The position numbers were made by a program, and so were the translations under genes. Below the pieces are notes generated by a model, which was not told the origin of the DNA, ran no database searches, and was given only the letters and a program-made list of their open reading frames with translations. 64,000 nt of DNA, from positions 32,001 to 96,000 of the forward strand of contig CAWBMV010000003.1 in assembly GCA_963789955.1 (NCBI GenBank), given 5' to 3'. Shown here one piece after another: positions 50,245 to 61,397 of this stretch. This stretch comes from an uncultured Candidatus Rokubacteria bacterium (GTDB lineage: Bacteria; Methylomirabilota; Methylomirabilia; Rokubacteriales; CSP1-6). The stretch's first letter is position 1. Each line of letters opens with the position of its first letter.

Positions 50245-52041
50245 ATGAGCAAGCCGACTCAAGCAGTCCACGAGTTCGAGCATCACGCGGCCGACCGGGC
50301 GACGACGCGCCCCGTGGTTTCGGGCACGCAGGGCGTCGTCACGGGCGGCCATCCGCTCGTGTCGATGGCGGGCATGCGCATGCTGCTCTCAGGCGGCAAC
50401 GCGTTCGACGCCGCCGTGGCCGCTGGATTCGCCGCCGCGGTGGTCGAGCCGACGGCGTCCTACACGCTCTGCGGCGAATGCGTGGCGCTCATCCACGACG
50501 CGCGAGCGCGGGAAACCCTGGCCCTGAGCGGCCAGGGCACGGCGCCGGCGCTGGCGACCGTCGGACTCTTTCGCGGGCGCAAGCTCGATCGCATCCCGAC
50601 CGGTCCCGGAGCGGACGCGCATCTGTCGTTCACCGTGCCCGGCGCCGTCGACGGCTACCTGACCTTGCTCGAGACTCACGGCACGAAGAGCGTGAGCGAG
50701 GTGCTCGCTCCCGCGGTCCAGTACGCCGAGCATGGATTCCCGATGTACGAATACATGCACGGCTTACTCGATATTCCGGAGACGCGGACTCAGTTCGACC
50801 TCTATCCGCCCGGCGGCACCGCGGTGTTCTACCCGGGCGGGCGCGTGCCCGAGGTGGGGGAGCTGTTCGTGCAGCCCGCCCTCGGCGGAACCTTGCGGCG
50901 GCTCATCGAGGCCGACACCAGGGCGCGCGGCCATCGAACAGCCGGCATCGCCGCGGCGCGCGAGCGTTTCTATCGCGGTGACGTCGCGGCGACGATCGGC
51001 GGGTTCTCCGAGCGCGTCGGAGGGCTTCTGCGCGCCTCTGATCTGGCCGGCTACCGAGCCCGGCTCGAAGCGCCGCTGCGCACGACCTTCGCGGGCCGGG
51101 AGATCCTGGGCCAGTCGGCGTGGACCCAGGGCCCCGTGCTCATGCAGGCGCTCGGCATGCTCGCAACCTTCGATCTGCGCGCGCTCGGCCACAACTCCGC
51201 TCGCTACATCCACGTGGTCTCCGAGGCGCTCAAGCTCGCCTTCGCCGATCGCGAGGAGTACTACGGCGATCGCGAGGACGCGCTCACCGGGATCGGCGAC
51301 CTGCTCACGCCCGCCTATCTGAAGGAGCGCGCGGCACTGATCCGTAGCGATCGTGCGACTCCAGAGGCACCGGCGCCGGGCGATCCTCGACACGGGGGCG
51401 CGGCGCGGCGCTCCGGCGCGCCCGCCGGCGTTCGCGCGAGCGGCGTGTCGGCGGCCGCGGCCGACGGGACGACGCACATCGCCGCGATCGATCGCGAGGG
51501 CAACATGATCTGCCTGACGCCGAGCGGCGGGGTATTCAGGAAATCGGCGTTCGTTCCCGAGCTCGGCTGCACGCTCAGCACGCGCAGCGAGATGTTCTTC
51601 GTCGCCGCCGATCACCCGAACGGGCTCGTTCCGGGCAAGCGCCCGCGCACCACGCTCGTGAGCTATCTGATCTGCGAGGGCGGCGTGCCCACCATGACCG
51701 TCGGCTGTCCGGGCGGCGACGATCAGAGCCAGGCCGATCTGCAGCTCGTCCTGAATCTGCTGGTCTTCGGCATGAATCCGCAGCAGGCGGTCGAGGCGCC
51801 ACGCTTCTCGACCCAGACGCTCGTCAACTCGTTCTGGCCCAGGGCCTATCGGCCGGGACAGCTGAACGTCGAGCCGGGCATCCCCGAACGGACCCGCGGT
51901 GAGCTCCGCGCGCTCGGTCACCAGGTGAGCGAGGCCGGCGCGTGCGGTATCGGCGCGGTGGTGACGCGGCGCGATCCGCAGACGGGCGTGCTGTCCGCCG
52001 GCGCCGATCCGCGGCGCCCGACCTACGCGCTGGCGTGGTAG
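50245..52041 (+). CDS. Gamma-glutamyltransferase family protein
   Basis: GGNAFDAAVA, VPG, TTHIAAID..GN, PGKRPRTT, GADPRR. Confidence 0.92.
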   Translation: MSKPTQAVHEFEHHAADRATTRPVVSGTQGVVTGGHPLVSMAGMRMLLSGGNAFDAAVAAGFAAAVVEPTASYTLCGECVALIHDARARETLALSGQGTAPALATVGLFRGRKLDRIPTGPGADAHLSFTVPGAVDGYLTLLETHGTKSVSEVLAPAVQYAEHGFPMYEYMHGLLDIPETRTQFDLYPPGGTAVFYPGGRVPEVGELFVQPALGGTLRRLIEADTRARGHRTAGIAAARERFYRGDVAATIGGFSERVGGLLRASDLAGYRARLEAPLRTTFAGREILGQSAWTQGPVLMQALGMLATFDLRALGHNSARYIHVVSEALKLAFADREEYYGDREDALTGIGDLLTPAYLKERAALIRSDRATPEAPAPGDPRHGGAARRSGAPAGVRASGVSAAAADGTTHIAAIDREGNMICLTPSGGVFRKSAFVPELGCTLSTRSEMFFVAADHPNGLVPGKRPRTTLVSYLICEGGVPTMTVGCPGGDDQSQADLQLVLNLLVFGMNPQQAVEAPRFSTQTLVNSFWPRAYRPGQLNVEPGIPERTRGELRALGHQVSEAGACGIGAVVTRRDPQTGVLSAGADPRRPTYALAW

Positions 52042-52048
52042 CAGGCCG

Positions 52049-53169
52049 ATGAGTGGGGCGACGAGACCGCCGTTCCGCGCCGACCACGTCGGCAGCCTGC
52101 TGCGCCCGCCCGAGCTCCAGGACTGCACGAGCCAGCGCCGCCCGCGGCGAGATCGATCGCGCCGCGCTGCGCGCGGTCGAGGACCGCGCGATCCGCGAGG
52201 CGGTCACGCTGCAGGAAGTCGTCGGCCTTCAGTCGATCACCGACGGCGAGTTCCGCCGCGACTGGTGGCACATCGACTTCCTGCCGGCTTCGACGGCGTG
52301 GAGCTACCGCGAGGCGAGCGCTTCGGCGTGCAGTTCAAGGGCGCCGACGAGCAAGCCGCCGACTCATGAAGGTGACCGGCAAGCTGCGGCGCACCAGGCC
52401 CAGCATGCTCGATCATTTCCAGTTTCTGAAGTCGGCGACCACGCGCACGCCGAAGTTCACGCATGCCGTCGCCGGCCATGCTGCACGCGCGCGGCGACCG
52501 GCTCGATCGCGCAAGACCTACCCGGACTCGAGGCCGAGTTCTGGGCCGATCTGACGCGGTGCTATCGCGAGGAGATCGCGCGACCTGTACCAGGCCGGCT
52601 GCCGCTACCTGCAGATCGACGACACCACCATCGCCATGTTCGGCGATCCGAAGGTGCAGGAGCAGTTCGCGAAGCTCGGCGACGATCCGAAGAAGGACGT
52701 CGGCGCTCTACGCCGCAGGCGGTGAACGCCGCGATCCGCGACGTGCCCGACGACATGACGGTCGCGATCCACACCTGCCGCGGCAACTTCAAGAGCACCT
52801 GGCTGGCGAGCGGCGGCTACGACTACGTGGCCGAGACCGCGTTCTCGACGCTCGACGTCGACGGCGTTCTTCCTCGAGTTCGACGACCGACCGCGCGGGC
52901 GGCTTCGAGCCGCTGCGCTACGTGCCCGAAGGGCAAGAAGGTCGTGCTCGGCCTGGTCAGCTCCAAGATTCCCGACGCTCGAGACGAAGGACGCCCTCAA
53001 GCGCCGCATCGAGTCGGCCGCGAAGTACGTGCCGCTCGAAAACCTCTGCCTCAGCCCGCAGTGCGGCTTCTCCAGCACGCACCACGGCAACAAGGTCACC
53101 GTGGACGATCAGAAGCGCAAGCTGGCGCTGGCGCTCGAGGTCGCGCGTGAGGTCTGGGGCACGAGCTAG
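52049..53169 (+). CDS. Cobalamin-independent methionine synthase II family (YxjH-like), multiply frameshifted
   Basis: PFRADHVGSLLRP, TDGEFRR, YLQIDD, HTCRGN, LSPQCGFSS across frames. Confidence 0.85.
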
Positions 53170-53214
53170 GCTGGTCTCGGTGGTTCCCCCGCTCGGATTC
53201 TCTCCAGGTCTCGT

Positions 53215-54767
53215 GTATCTGAACTTCCACTCTTGACAGGCTTCTGCGGCGTAGATGCGGCGTCTGCGAGCTGGCTCCGCAAACGCCGCGCTGGTGGGCC
53301 TCAGAAGGTTCGGGATGCGTATCGGCGCGCGCCCACGCGAAAAGGCCGCGACAGCGTCGCGATCGCCTCGCGGCGCGCCACACAGGTCGGTCCGAAATCG
53401 CGCAGTAGAGTCTCTTCAACAGGAGACTCACGATGAACGTGCTGATGACCGCCGTGATCGATCCCGATCCCGCGACCGCTGATCTCGATCGCTTGGGCGA
53501 CGAGATCGCCGAGCTCTCCGCGCATCTCGAAGCGGCGACCGCGCGTCTTCTCGATCTGATCCGCGAGTTCGATGCTCGCGAAGGCTGGAACAATGGCTTT
53601 AGGTCTTGCGCGGCCTGGCTGAGCTGGCGCGTGGGATATGCGCCGGGCGCGGCTCGAGAGCACGTCCGAGTGGCGCGCGCGCTCGGCACGCTGCCGTTGC
53701 TGTCGCAAGCACTCGCCCGCGGCGAGCTGTCTTATGCCAAGGTCCGTGAGCTGACCCGTGTGGCCACGCCCGAGACGGAAGCGAGACTGTTAGCGGTGGC
53801 CCGCTCCGGCACCGCCGAACACGTGGAGCGGATCGTGCGTGGCTGGCGCCGGATGGACCGCAGGGCCGAGGCTCAGGAAGCCGCTCGTCATCACACGGCT
53901 CGTGCGCTGCACGTGTATCAAGACGAAGACGGTGCGGTCAGGATCCGAGGGCGGCTGGCGCCGGAGGTGGGCGCCGTGCTCCTGAAGGCGCTGGAGGCGG
54001 CGCGTGAGAGCCTACATCAGCAGCGCCATGAGGCGGCGCCCGACGCCGACCCGCCGACGATGGAGCAGCAGCAGGCCGACGCGCTGGTGTTGCTCGCCGA
54101 GACCGCGCTCCACCAGGGCATCGATCCCGGCACCCCGGGAGAGCGGTACCAGGTCGTTGTGCACGTCGACGCTGCCGTCCTGGTCGACGCCGAGCAAACT
54201 GGGCAGTCCGTGCTCGAGGGCGGCCAGCGCGTTCCGGCCGGAACGTCGCAGCGCCTGGCCTGCGATGCAACCCGGGTCGTGATGCGCCACGACTCCGACG
54301 GGCGTGTCATCGAAGTCGGCGCCCGCACCCGCACGATCCCGCCCGCGCTACGCCGCGCGCTTCAGCATCGTGACCAGGGCTGTCGATTCCCCGGCTGCGG
54401 CGTGCGCTTCGGCCAGGGTCATCATATCCGCCACTGGGCCCATGGGGGCCCGACGACGCTCTCGAACCTCACCATGCTGTGTCGTCGGCACCATCGCGCG
54501 ATCCACGAGGAGGGCTACCGGGTAGAACGCCAGCCGGACGGCGAGCTTCAGTTCAGGCGACCGAATGGCTGGATCATCCCAGCAGTGCCGCCGTCTGCCG
54601 ATCTGCCGGCGGATCCCGTGGCCGTCATCCGCGCGCGGCACGCGGAGCACGGATGCGCGCTGCAGGCGCGCACGACGATGCCGCTCTGGCAGGGTCAGCG
54701 CTTGGACGTAGGCTACGCGATCGACGTGCTGCACCCGTTGGCGCGCGGCGAGTAGCACGATTGCTAG
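53215..54767 (+). mobile_element. DUF222-HNH dispersed repeat cassette, copy 2
   Basis: Homologous to 16060-17635. Confidence 0.6.
53433..54755 (+). CDS. DUF222 domain HNH endonuclease (intact)
   Basis: RDQGCRFPGC...HHIRHWAHGGPTTLSNLTMLCRRHH. Paralog of the ORF at 16278. Confidence 0.92.
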   Translation: MNVLMTAVIDPDPATADLDRLGDEIAELSAHLEAATARLLDLIREFDAREGWNNGFRSCAAWLSWRVGYAPGAAREHVRVARALGTLPLLSQALARGELSYAKVRELTRVATPETEARLLAVARSGTAEHVERIVRGWRRMDRRAEAQEAARHHTARALHVYQDEDGAVRIRGRLAPEVGAVLLKALEAARESLHQQRHEAAPDADPPTMEQQQADALVLLAETALHQGIDPGTPGERYQVVVHVDAAVLVDAEQTGQSVLEGGQRVPAGTSQRLACDATRVVMRHDSDGRVIEVGARTRTIPPALRRALQHRDQGCRFPGCGVRFGQGHHIRHWAHGGPTTLSNLTMLCRRHHRAIHEEGYRVERQPDGELQFRRPNGWIIPAVPPSADLPADPVAVIRARHAEHGCALQARTTMPLWQGQRLDVGYAIDVLHPLARGE

Positions 54768-54782
54768 GGACCCGTCGCCCAG

Positions 54783-55811
54783 CTACCGAAACGCCGGCAA
54801 CACCTCGCGCGCGAAGCGTTCCATCGAGCGCATCACGCGTGCATGCTCCAGATCGCCGAACCAGAAGCTGCAGTTGAAGTGCGTGATGCCGACCAGCTCC
54901 TCGACGCGTTTGATCTGACGGATCACCGTGTCCGGTGTGCCGATGACCAGGAAGCGGTCCAGGAGATCGTCGGTGTCGGGCTCCTTCGGTGCCGGGACGG
55001 GGATCGCGCGGCCGCGCTCGACGCGCTCGTACTGGTTGCGGAGTGAGAGCGTCACGCGCATGTTCCAGCGCGCCTCCTCGGCGGCCGCGCGCGCGTCGGC
55101 CTGGCTCTCGGCCACGTAGACTGCGCGCTGGACGCCGACCCGCAGCGGGTGCGCGGGCTTGAACTCGCCGACCAGTCGGTCGAAGAGCCGGCGGAACTCG
55201 GCCATGCGTTCGATCGGCACGCCGAAGCCGCCGGTGAGCACGTTGAACCCGCGGCGCACCGCCGCCTCCACCGACTCCGGACTCTGCGCCGTGATCCAGA
55301 TCGGCGGGCGCGGCTGCTGGAGAGGTTGCGGAAAGATCGTCGTCTCCGGGATCTTGAAGAGCTTGCCGTCGTAGGTGAAGGGCTGGCCCTCGAAGGCCTT
55401 CAGGAGGATATCGACCGATTCCTCCCAGCGCGCGCGTCCGCTCTCGAGCTCGAGGCCGAAGCGCTCGAACTCGTAGGGCTGATAGCCGCGCCCGAGGCCG
55501 ACGTCGAGGCGCCCGCCCGACAGGAGGTCGAGCGTCGCGATCTCCTCGGCGATGACCAGGGGATGATGGAGCGGAACGACGATGACCGCGGTGCCCACGC
55601 GGATCCGCGTCGTCTTGGCCGCGATGTAGGTCGCGAGCTGCGCCGGGCGCGAGAGATAGCCGTAGGTCGAGAAGTGATGCTCGGCGAGCCAGACGTTGCC
55701 GAAGCCGAGGGTCTCGGCCGCCTGCGCCATCTCGACGCCGCGCGCGTAGATCTCTTGGGACGAGCGCGCGGATGGCGACTGCATCAGGAGGAACGTACCG
55801 AAGTTGATCAT
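54783..55811 (-). CDS. LLM class flavin-dependent oxidoreductase
   Basis: WLAEHHF, LDLLSGGRLDVGLGRGY, PQPLQQPRPPIW. Confidence 0.92.
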   Translation of the reverse strand: MINFGTFLLMQSPSARSSQEIYARGVEMAQAAETLGFGNVWLAEHHFSTYGYLSRPAQLATYIAAKTTRIRVGTAVIVVPLHHPLVIAEEIATLDLLSGGRLDVGLGRGYQPYEFERFGLELESGRARWEESVDILLKAFEGQPFTYDGKLFKIPETTIFPQPLQQPRPPIWITAQSPESVEAAVRRGFNVLTGGFGVPIERMAEFRRLFDRLVGEFKPAHPLRVGVQRAVYVAESQADARAAAEEARWNMRVTLSLRNQYERVERGRAIPVPAPKEPDTDDLLDRFLVIGTPDTVIRQIKRVEELVGITHFNCSFWFGDLEHARVMRSMERFAREVLPAFR

Positions 55812-56668
55812 CGCGTGTACCAGGGGTGTGGACGCCCCGGCACCTTGACGCGCAGGGCGTACACCGACGTGCGAGCCGTGAGGAACAACGTCCGGAGATC
55901 GGGGCCGCCGAAGGCGCAGTTCGCCGGGACCTCGGGGGTGCGGATGATGCCGAGTCGCGTGCCGTCGGGAGCGAACACCCACGTCCCACCCGGACCCGTG
56001 CAGAACACGCGACCCTCCATGTCGACCTTCATGCCGTCGGGCACGCCGTCCGTCTCGTCGGATGACATGTCGGCGAAGATGCGGCGCCGGAGGAGCTTGC
56101 CGTCTCCCCCGATTTCGAGGGCGTGGATGTACTGCGTCCAGCGTGTGTTGGCCACGTAGAGGACGCGCTCGTCCGGCGAGAACGCCAGGCCGTTGGGGTA
56201 TTCGCAGTCGGCGACGAGCGAGGTCTTGCCGTCAGGCGCGATGCGATAGACGCCGGCCGATGCAAGCTCGCGGTCGGCGAGCGGCACGCGCAGGCCCGGG
56301 TCGGTGAAGTAGATCCCCCCGTCGGATCTGCAGACGACGTCGTTGGGCCGGTTCAGGCGCTTGCCCTCGAAGCGGTCCATCAGGACCTCGCTCTGGCCGC
56401 CGGTCCAGCGAGTCACGCGGCGATTGCCGCCCTCGCAGATGACCAGGCGGCCCAGCAGATCGAACGTCATGCCGTTGCCCTCGCCGGTGTTCGAGCGTAT
56501 GAGCTCGGGCGCCTTGCCGGGCGTGAGCTTGTGCAGGTGGCTCCGGCGGATGTCGACGAAGTAGTAGAAGCCGTCCGGGTGCCAGAGCGGACCCTCGGTG
56601 AAGACGAAGCCGGTAGCCAGCCGTTCGGCCTCCTTCGATTCGAGAATTCCGTCCAGCGCGTCGCTCAT
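55808..56668 (-). CDS. SMP-30/gluconolactonase family protein
   Basis: FTEGPLW, RPNDVV, PNGLAFSPD, PDGMKVD, NCAFGG. Confidence 0.92.
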   Translation of the reverse strand: MSDALDGILESKEAERLATGFVFTEGPLWHPDGFYYFVDIRRSHLHKLTPGKAPELIRSNTGEGNGMTFDLLGRLVICEGGNRRVTRWTGGQSEVLMDRFEGKRLNRPNDVVCRSDGGIYFTDPGLRVPLADRELASAGVYRIAPDGKTSLVADCEYPNGLAFSPDERVLYVANTRWTQYIHALEIGGDGKLLRRRIFADMSSDETDGVPDGMKVDMEGRVFCTGPGGTWVFAPDGTRLGIIRTPEVPANCAFGGPDLRTLFLTARTSVYALRVKVPGRPHPWYTR

Positions 56669-56672
56669 CGTG

Positions 56673-57581
56673 TCAGGCCCCTCGATTCTTCGTCCGGAGC
56701 TCGACGCCGGCGCGCTCCTCCTGAAGCTTGAAGAACGTCATCGAGTCCTTGTCGCCCCAGCCGCGGCCGAGCGCTTCCTCGAGCTGCTGCTCGGCGAGCG
56801 CGGCGATCATCATCGGCACGTGGTACTCGCGGCCGAGCTCGGTCGCGAGGCCGACGTCCTTGCGGAGCAGCCGGAGCGCGAAGTTCACGTCGTCGAAGGC
56901 GCCGGGGAACACGGTGTTTGGAATCATGTCCTTGAGCACGCGGCCCTGACCGAACGAGCTCTTGGACAGCGCGTCGAGCAGCACCTCGGGCGCCACGCCG
57001 GCCTTGACCCCGAGCGTCATGCCCTCGGCGATGGCCATGCGCGAGCACGCTGACACCATGTTGTGCACGAGCTTCGCGACCGTGCCGCAACCGATGCCGC
57101 CGACCCAGGTCACCTTGTCGCCGATGGCATCGAGCACCGGCTTGACCCGCTTGTAGAGCGCCTCGTCGCCGCCGACCAGCACCGCGAGCTTGCCCGAGCG
57201 CGCGCCGGGCACGCCGCCGCTCACGGGCGCATCGAGCACGTCGACACCGCGCTCGGCGCAGATGCCGTGGAGCTTGCGAATCAACGTCGCGGAGTTCGTC
57301 GAGAGATCGACGTAGAGCGTGCCGCGCACGGCGCCTTCGAGAATGCCGTTGGCGCCGAGCACCACGGATTCGACCTCGCGGGGACCGGGGAGCGAGGTGA
57401 AGACGACCTCGCTGGATTGGGCGACCGCCTTGGGGGTGTCGGCCCACCTGGCACCCAGTGCGAGATGGGGCTTGGCCAGATCGTGTCGGATGTCGGTGAC
57501 GACCATCTGATGTCCGGCCTTCAGAACGTTGAGGGCCATGGGTCCGCCCATGTTGCCGAGCCCGATGAAGCCGACGCGCAT
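56673..57581 (-). CDS. NAD(P)-dependent oxidoreductase (3-hydroxyisobutyrate dehydrogenase family)
   Basis: GFIGLGNMG, LDAPVSGG, KLVHN, KD..LA. Confidence 0.92.
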   Translation of the reverse strand: MRVGFIGLGNMGGPMALNVLKAGHQMVVTDIRHDLAKPHLALGARWADTPKAVAQSSEVVFTSLPGPREVESVVLGANGILEGAVRGTLYVDLSTNSATLIRKLHGICAERGVDVLDAPVSGGVPGARSGKLAVLVGGDEALYKRVKPVLDAIGDKVTWVGGIGCGTVAKLVHNMVSACSRMAIAEGMTLGVKAGVAPEVLLDALSKSSFGQGRVLKDMIPNTVFPGAFDDVNFALRLLRKDVGLATELGREYHVPMMIAALAEQQLEEALGRGWGDKDSMTFFKLQEERAGVELRTKNRGA

Positions 57582-57713
57582 GAGTGCCTCCTCTTCCGCC
57601 TGCAACGATGTGCTAAGGTACACCAACGTCGGCCCGGTTTGGCGCCGGGCCGCGCAGTGCGTACACTGTGTTTTTGACAGCATAATAAACCCGAAGCGAA
57701 GCGGAGACCTCGC

Positions 57714-58590
57714 GTGCGACGATTCGAGCTGATTCTTCCTGGCAGCGTTGACGAGTGCATCAAGGCCCTGGCCCCAGGTGGTCCCGAGTCCAAGCTGCTG
57801 GCCGGCGGCACCGACCTTCTTCCACAGCTCAAGAACGGCCTGCTCAAACCTGGCCGCGTGATCGATCTCTCGGGCGTGGCCCGACTGCGCGACGATCGAG
57901 GCCGGCAACGGCAAGGGGCTCAGGATCGGCTCCGCGGTGACCGCGCGGACGCTCGAGCTCGATCGAGCCGTCCGTGCGAGCTATCTGTCGCTCGCCGAGA
58001 GCGGCGCGCTCGTGGGCTCGGTGCAGGTGCGCAACCTGGCCACGCTCGGCGGCAACATCTGCAACGCCGCGCCGTCGGCAGACATGGCGCCGCCGCTGCT
58101 GGCGCTCGACGCCGAGGCGGTGATCACCGGGCCCAAGGGCGAGCGCCGGGTGCCGATCACGACGTTCTTCACCGGAGTTCGGCGCACGGTGCTGGCCCCG
58201 GACGAGATCCTCGTCGAGCTCGTCGTGCCGAATCCCGGCGCGCACAGCGGCGGCAACTACCTCCGGCACACGCCCCGTCGCGAGCTCGACATCGCCGTCG
58301 TCGGCGTGGCCTCGCAGCTCACCCTCGCGAACGGCGTGTGCACCAAGGCGCGGATCGCGCTGGCCGCAGTGGCGCCGGTTCCGCTGCGGGCGACGGCCGC
58401 CGAGCAGGCGCTCGAGGGCCAGGCGGTGACTCCCGACCGGATCAAGCGCGCCGCCGACCTCGCGGTCGACGCCGCGCGCCCGATCAGCGATCAGCGCGGC
58501 TCGGCCGACTTCCGCCGCCATCTCGTGCGCGTTCTGACCCGCCGCACGCTGACCACGGCACTCGCCCGCGCGAGCGCGTCAGGCCGGTAA
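57714..58590 (+). CDS. Xanthine dehydrogenase family FAD-binding (medium) subunit, frameshift near 57890
   Basis: LAGGTDL, QVRNLATLGGNICNAAPSAD, PISDQRGS. Confidence 0.88.
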
Positions 58591-58602
58591 GGAGAAGACG
58601 AC

Positions 58603-59086
58603 TTGGCCAAGCAGGTTCTGAATTGCACGGTGAACGACGAGCCGGCCGAGGTGCTCGTCCAGCCCTGGGACACCTTGCTCGACGCGCTTCGCGAGCGGAT
58701 GGGTCTGACGGGGCCGAAGGAAGGGTGCGGCACCGGTGACTGCGGCGCGTGCACCGTCCACCTCGACGGCAAGCCGGTCGCGAGCTGCCTCTTGCTCGCC
58801 ATGCAGGTGCGCGGCCGCAACGTGCGGACGATCGAGGGGCTCGGCAAGCCCGGCGCGCTGCACCCGGTGCAGGATGCGTTCGTACGCCACGGCGTGCCGC
58901 AGTGCGGTTTCTGCATTCCCGGGGTGCATCATGGCCGCCGCCGCGCTCTTGACCGAGAATCCGCACCCGACCGAGGAAGAGATCCGCTACGGGATCGCCG
59001 GCAACCTGTGCCGTTGCACCGGCTACACGAAGATGCTGGCCGCGATCACCGAGGCCGCCGGCGCCACCGCCGGCCGGAGGAGCTGA
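58603..59086 (+). CDS. Xanthine dehydrogenase family (2Fe-2S) small subunit, frameshift near 58925
   Basis: [29 protein letters not shown]. Confidence 0.9.
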
Positions 59087-59089
59087 GGC

Positions 59090-61397
59090 ATGTCGACCGT
59101 GATGAAGACGACCCGCGACGTGAAGGGCATCGGTCTCTCCATCCTCGCCCGGACGCGCCCGACAAGGTCACCGGCCAGGTGCAGTACGTCGCCGACCTCA
59201 ACCCGCGCGGTCTGCTGCACGCCAAGCTCCTGCGCAGCCCTCACGCCCACGCCGGATCGTGCGCATCGACGTGAGCCGGGCGCGGGCGCTGCCGGGCGTG
59301 CGCGCGGTGCTGACCGCCGCCGACATCCCCGAGCTCAAGAAGAAGGCGCCGACGCGGGCGCACGCCGTGCTGGCGATCGACCGCGTCGTGTTCGCGGGCC
59401 AGCCGGTCGCGGCCGTCGCCGCCGACGAGCTCGCGATCGCCGAGGAGGCGCTCGACCTGATCGAGGTGCAGTACGAGGTGCTGCCGGTCGCGGCCGATCC
59501 GCTCGAGTCGATGAAGCCCGGCGCCCCGCCGGTCGCCGAGCTGGGGACCGAGGCGGACACCAGCGAGGCGCTGGCCCACGGCAGCGTCGCCGGCGTCTCG
59601 ACCGAGGCCAAGCCGGCGAAGGCCGTCAACATCTCGCAGCAGGCGCGCCTGCAGCGCGGCGACGTGGCGAAGGCGTTCGCCGAGTCGGACGTGGTCATCG
59701 AGAAGACCTACCGCGTGCCGATGGTCCACCAGGGCTACCTCGAGCCGCACGCGGTCCTGGCCCAGTGGGACCGGTCCGGCAACCTGACCTTGTGGGCGAG
59801 CACGCAGGGCTCGTTCAACACGCGGTCGGAAGTCGCCGACGTGCTGGAGCTGCCGGAGAACCGCATCAAGGTCATCCCGATGGAGTGCGGCGGCGGCTTC
59901 GGCGGCAAGATCCGCGCGCTGTGCGAGCCGATCACGGCGGTGCTGGCGCGCGCGACCGGCCGGCCCGTGCGCTACGTCATGACCCGGCGCGAGGAGCTCG
60001 AGGCCGGGATGCCGGCGCCGCAGGTCATCATCCGCCTGAAGACCGGCGTGAAGCGCGACGGCACGCTGATGGCGATCGAGGCCGAGGCGATTCTCGAGTC
60101 CGGCGCGTTCTCCGGCGCGGTGCTGGCGGTGAGCGGCGTCTTCCTCGCGAGCCTCTATCTGTGGCCGAACTTCGACGTCAAGGGCTTCGAGGTTCTCACG
60201 CACAAGCCGAGCATCGCCGCGTATCGCGCGCCCGTCGCGCCGCAGACCATCTTCGCGATCGACTCGCAGATGGAGCAGATCGCGAAGGCGATCGGCGTCG
60301 ACCCGGTCGAGTTCCGCCTTCGGCACCTGCAGCGCGAAGGCGACAAGATGGCCAACAACCAGCCGTGGCTGAGCAACGGCGCCGTCGAGGTGCTGACGCG
60401 ACTCGCCGAGCACCCGTTCTGGAAGAAGCGCGCCGAGTGGAAGGCCAGCTCGAAGGACGGCAAGCTGCGCGGGACGGGCATCTCGCTCGGCGGCTGGCTC
60501 GGCGGTCTTCAGCCGACCGGCGCCACCGTGCGGCTCAACCCCGACGGCACCCTGCAGGTGATGACCGGCCAGGTCGACATCGCCGGGACCAACATCGCGC
60601 TGGCGCAGATCGCCGCCACCGCCTACGGCGTCGACATCGACAACGTGAAGATCACGACGGGCGACACCGACGTCGCGCCGATGACCGGTCTCAGCGCCGG
60701 CAGCAAGACCACGTACACCGTCGGCGTGGCCGTGATGCAAGCCGCGCAGGACGCGCGCAACCAGACGCTCGGGATCGCCGCGAAGGAGCTGGAGGCGTCG
60801 GTGCACGACCTCGAGATCGAGAATGACAAGGTCGTGGTTCGCGGCGTGCCGGACAAGGGCATCACGCTCGCGTCGATCGGCAAGAAGGGCAATCTCTACA
60901 TGTCGAAGGTCGAGCCGGTGCTCGGCACGGCGCATCCGGCCTTCTCGGTCCAGGCGCCGGCGTTCTGCGCGCAGCTCGCGCGGATCGAGGTCGATCCCGA
61001 TACCGGCGAGGTGACCCTGCACAATTTCGTCGTCGCCCAGGACGTCGGCAAGGCGATCAATCCGCTCCAGATCGAGGGCCAGATGCAGGGCGGCGCGGTC
61101 CAGAGCCTCGGCATGGCGCTGACCGAAGCGCTCATGTACGACGACAAGGCGCGGCTGACGAACCCGAGCCTGCTCGACTACCGAAAGCTCACGTCGGCCG
61201 ATCTACCGAACATCGAGACGATCATCGTGGAGAAGCCCGCGCCGCACGGCCCGTTCGGCGCCCGCGGTGTCGGCGAGCCCCCGATCGTCCCGGCGCCGGC
61301 GGCGATCGCCAACGCGATCGAGGACGCGACGGGAGTGCGGCTCACCCACTTGCCGCTCTCGTCCGAGCGGATCGCTCTGGCGATCGCGTCCGCCTGA
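59090..61397 (+). CDS. Xanthine dehydrogenase family molybdopterin-binding (large) subunit, N-terminal frameshifts
   Basis: DKVTG..Y..D, GGGFGGK, AYRAP, GQMQGG, GARGVGEPP. Confidence 0.9.

Noticed and set aside
57606..57628. ModE box upstream of the molybdoenzyme operon (CGATGTGC-N7-CACCAACG)
   Set aside because: Poor palindrome and only partial match to recalled ModE sites.
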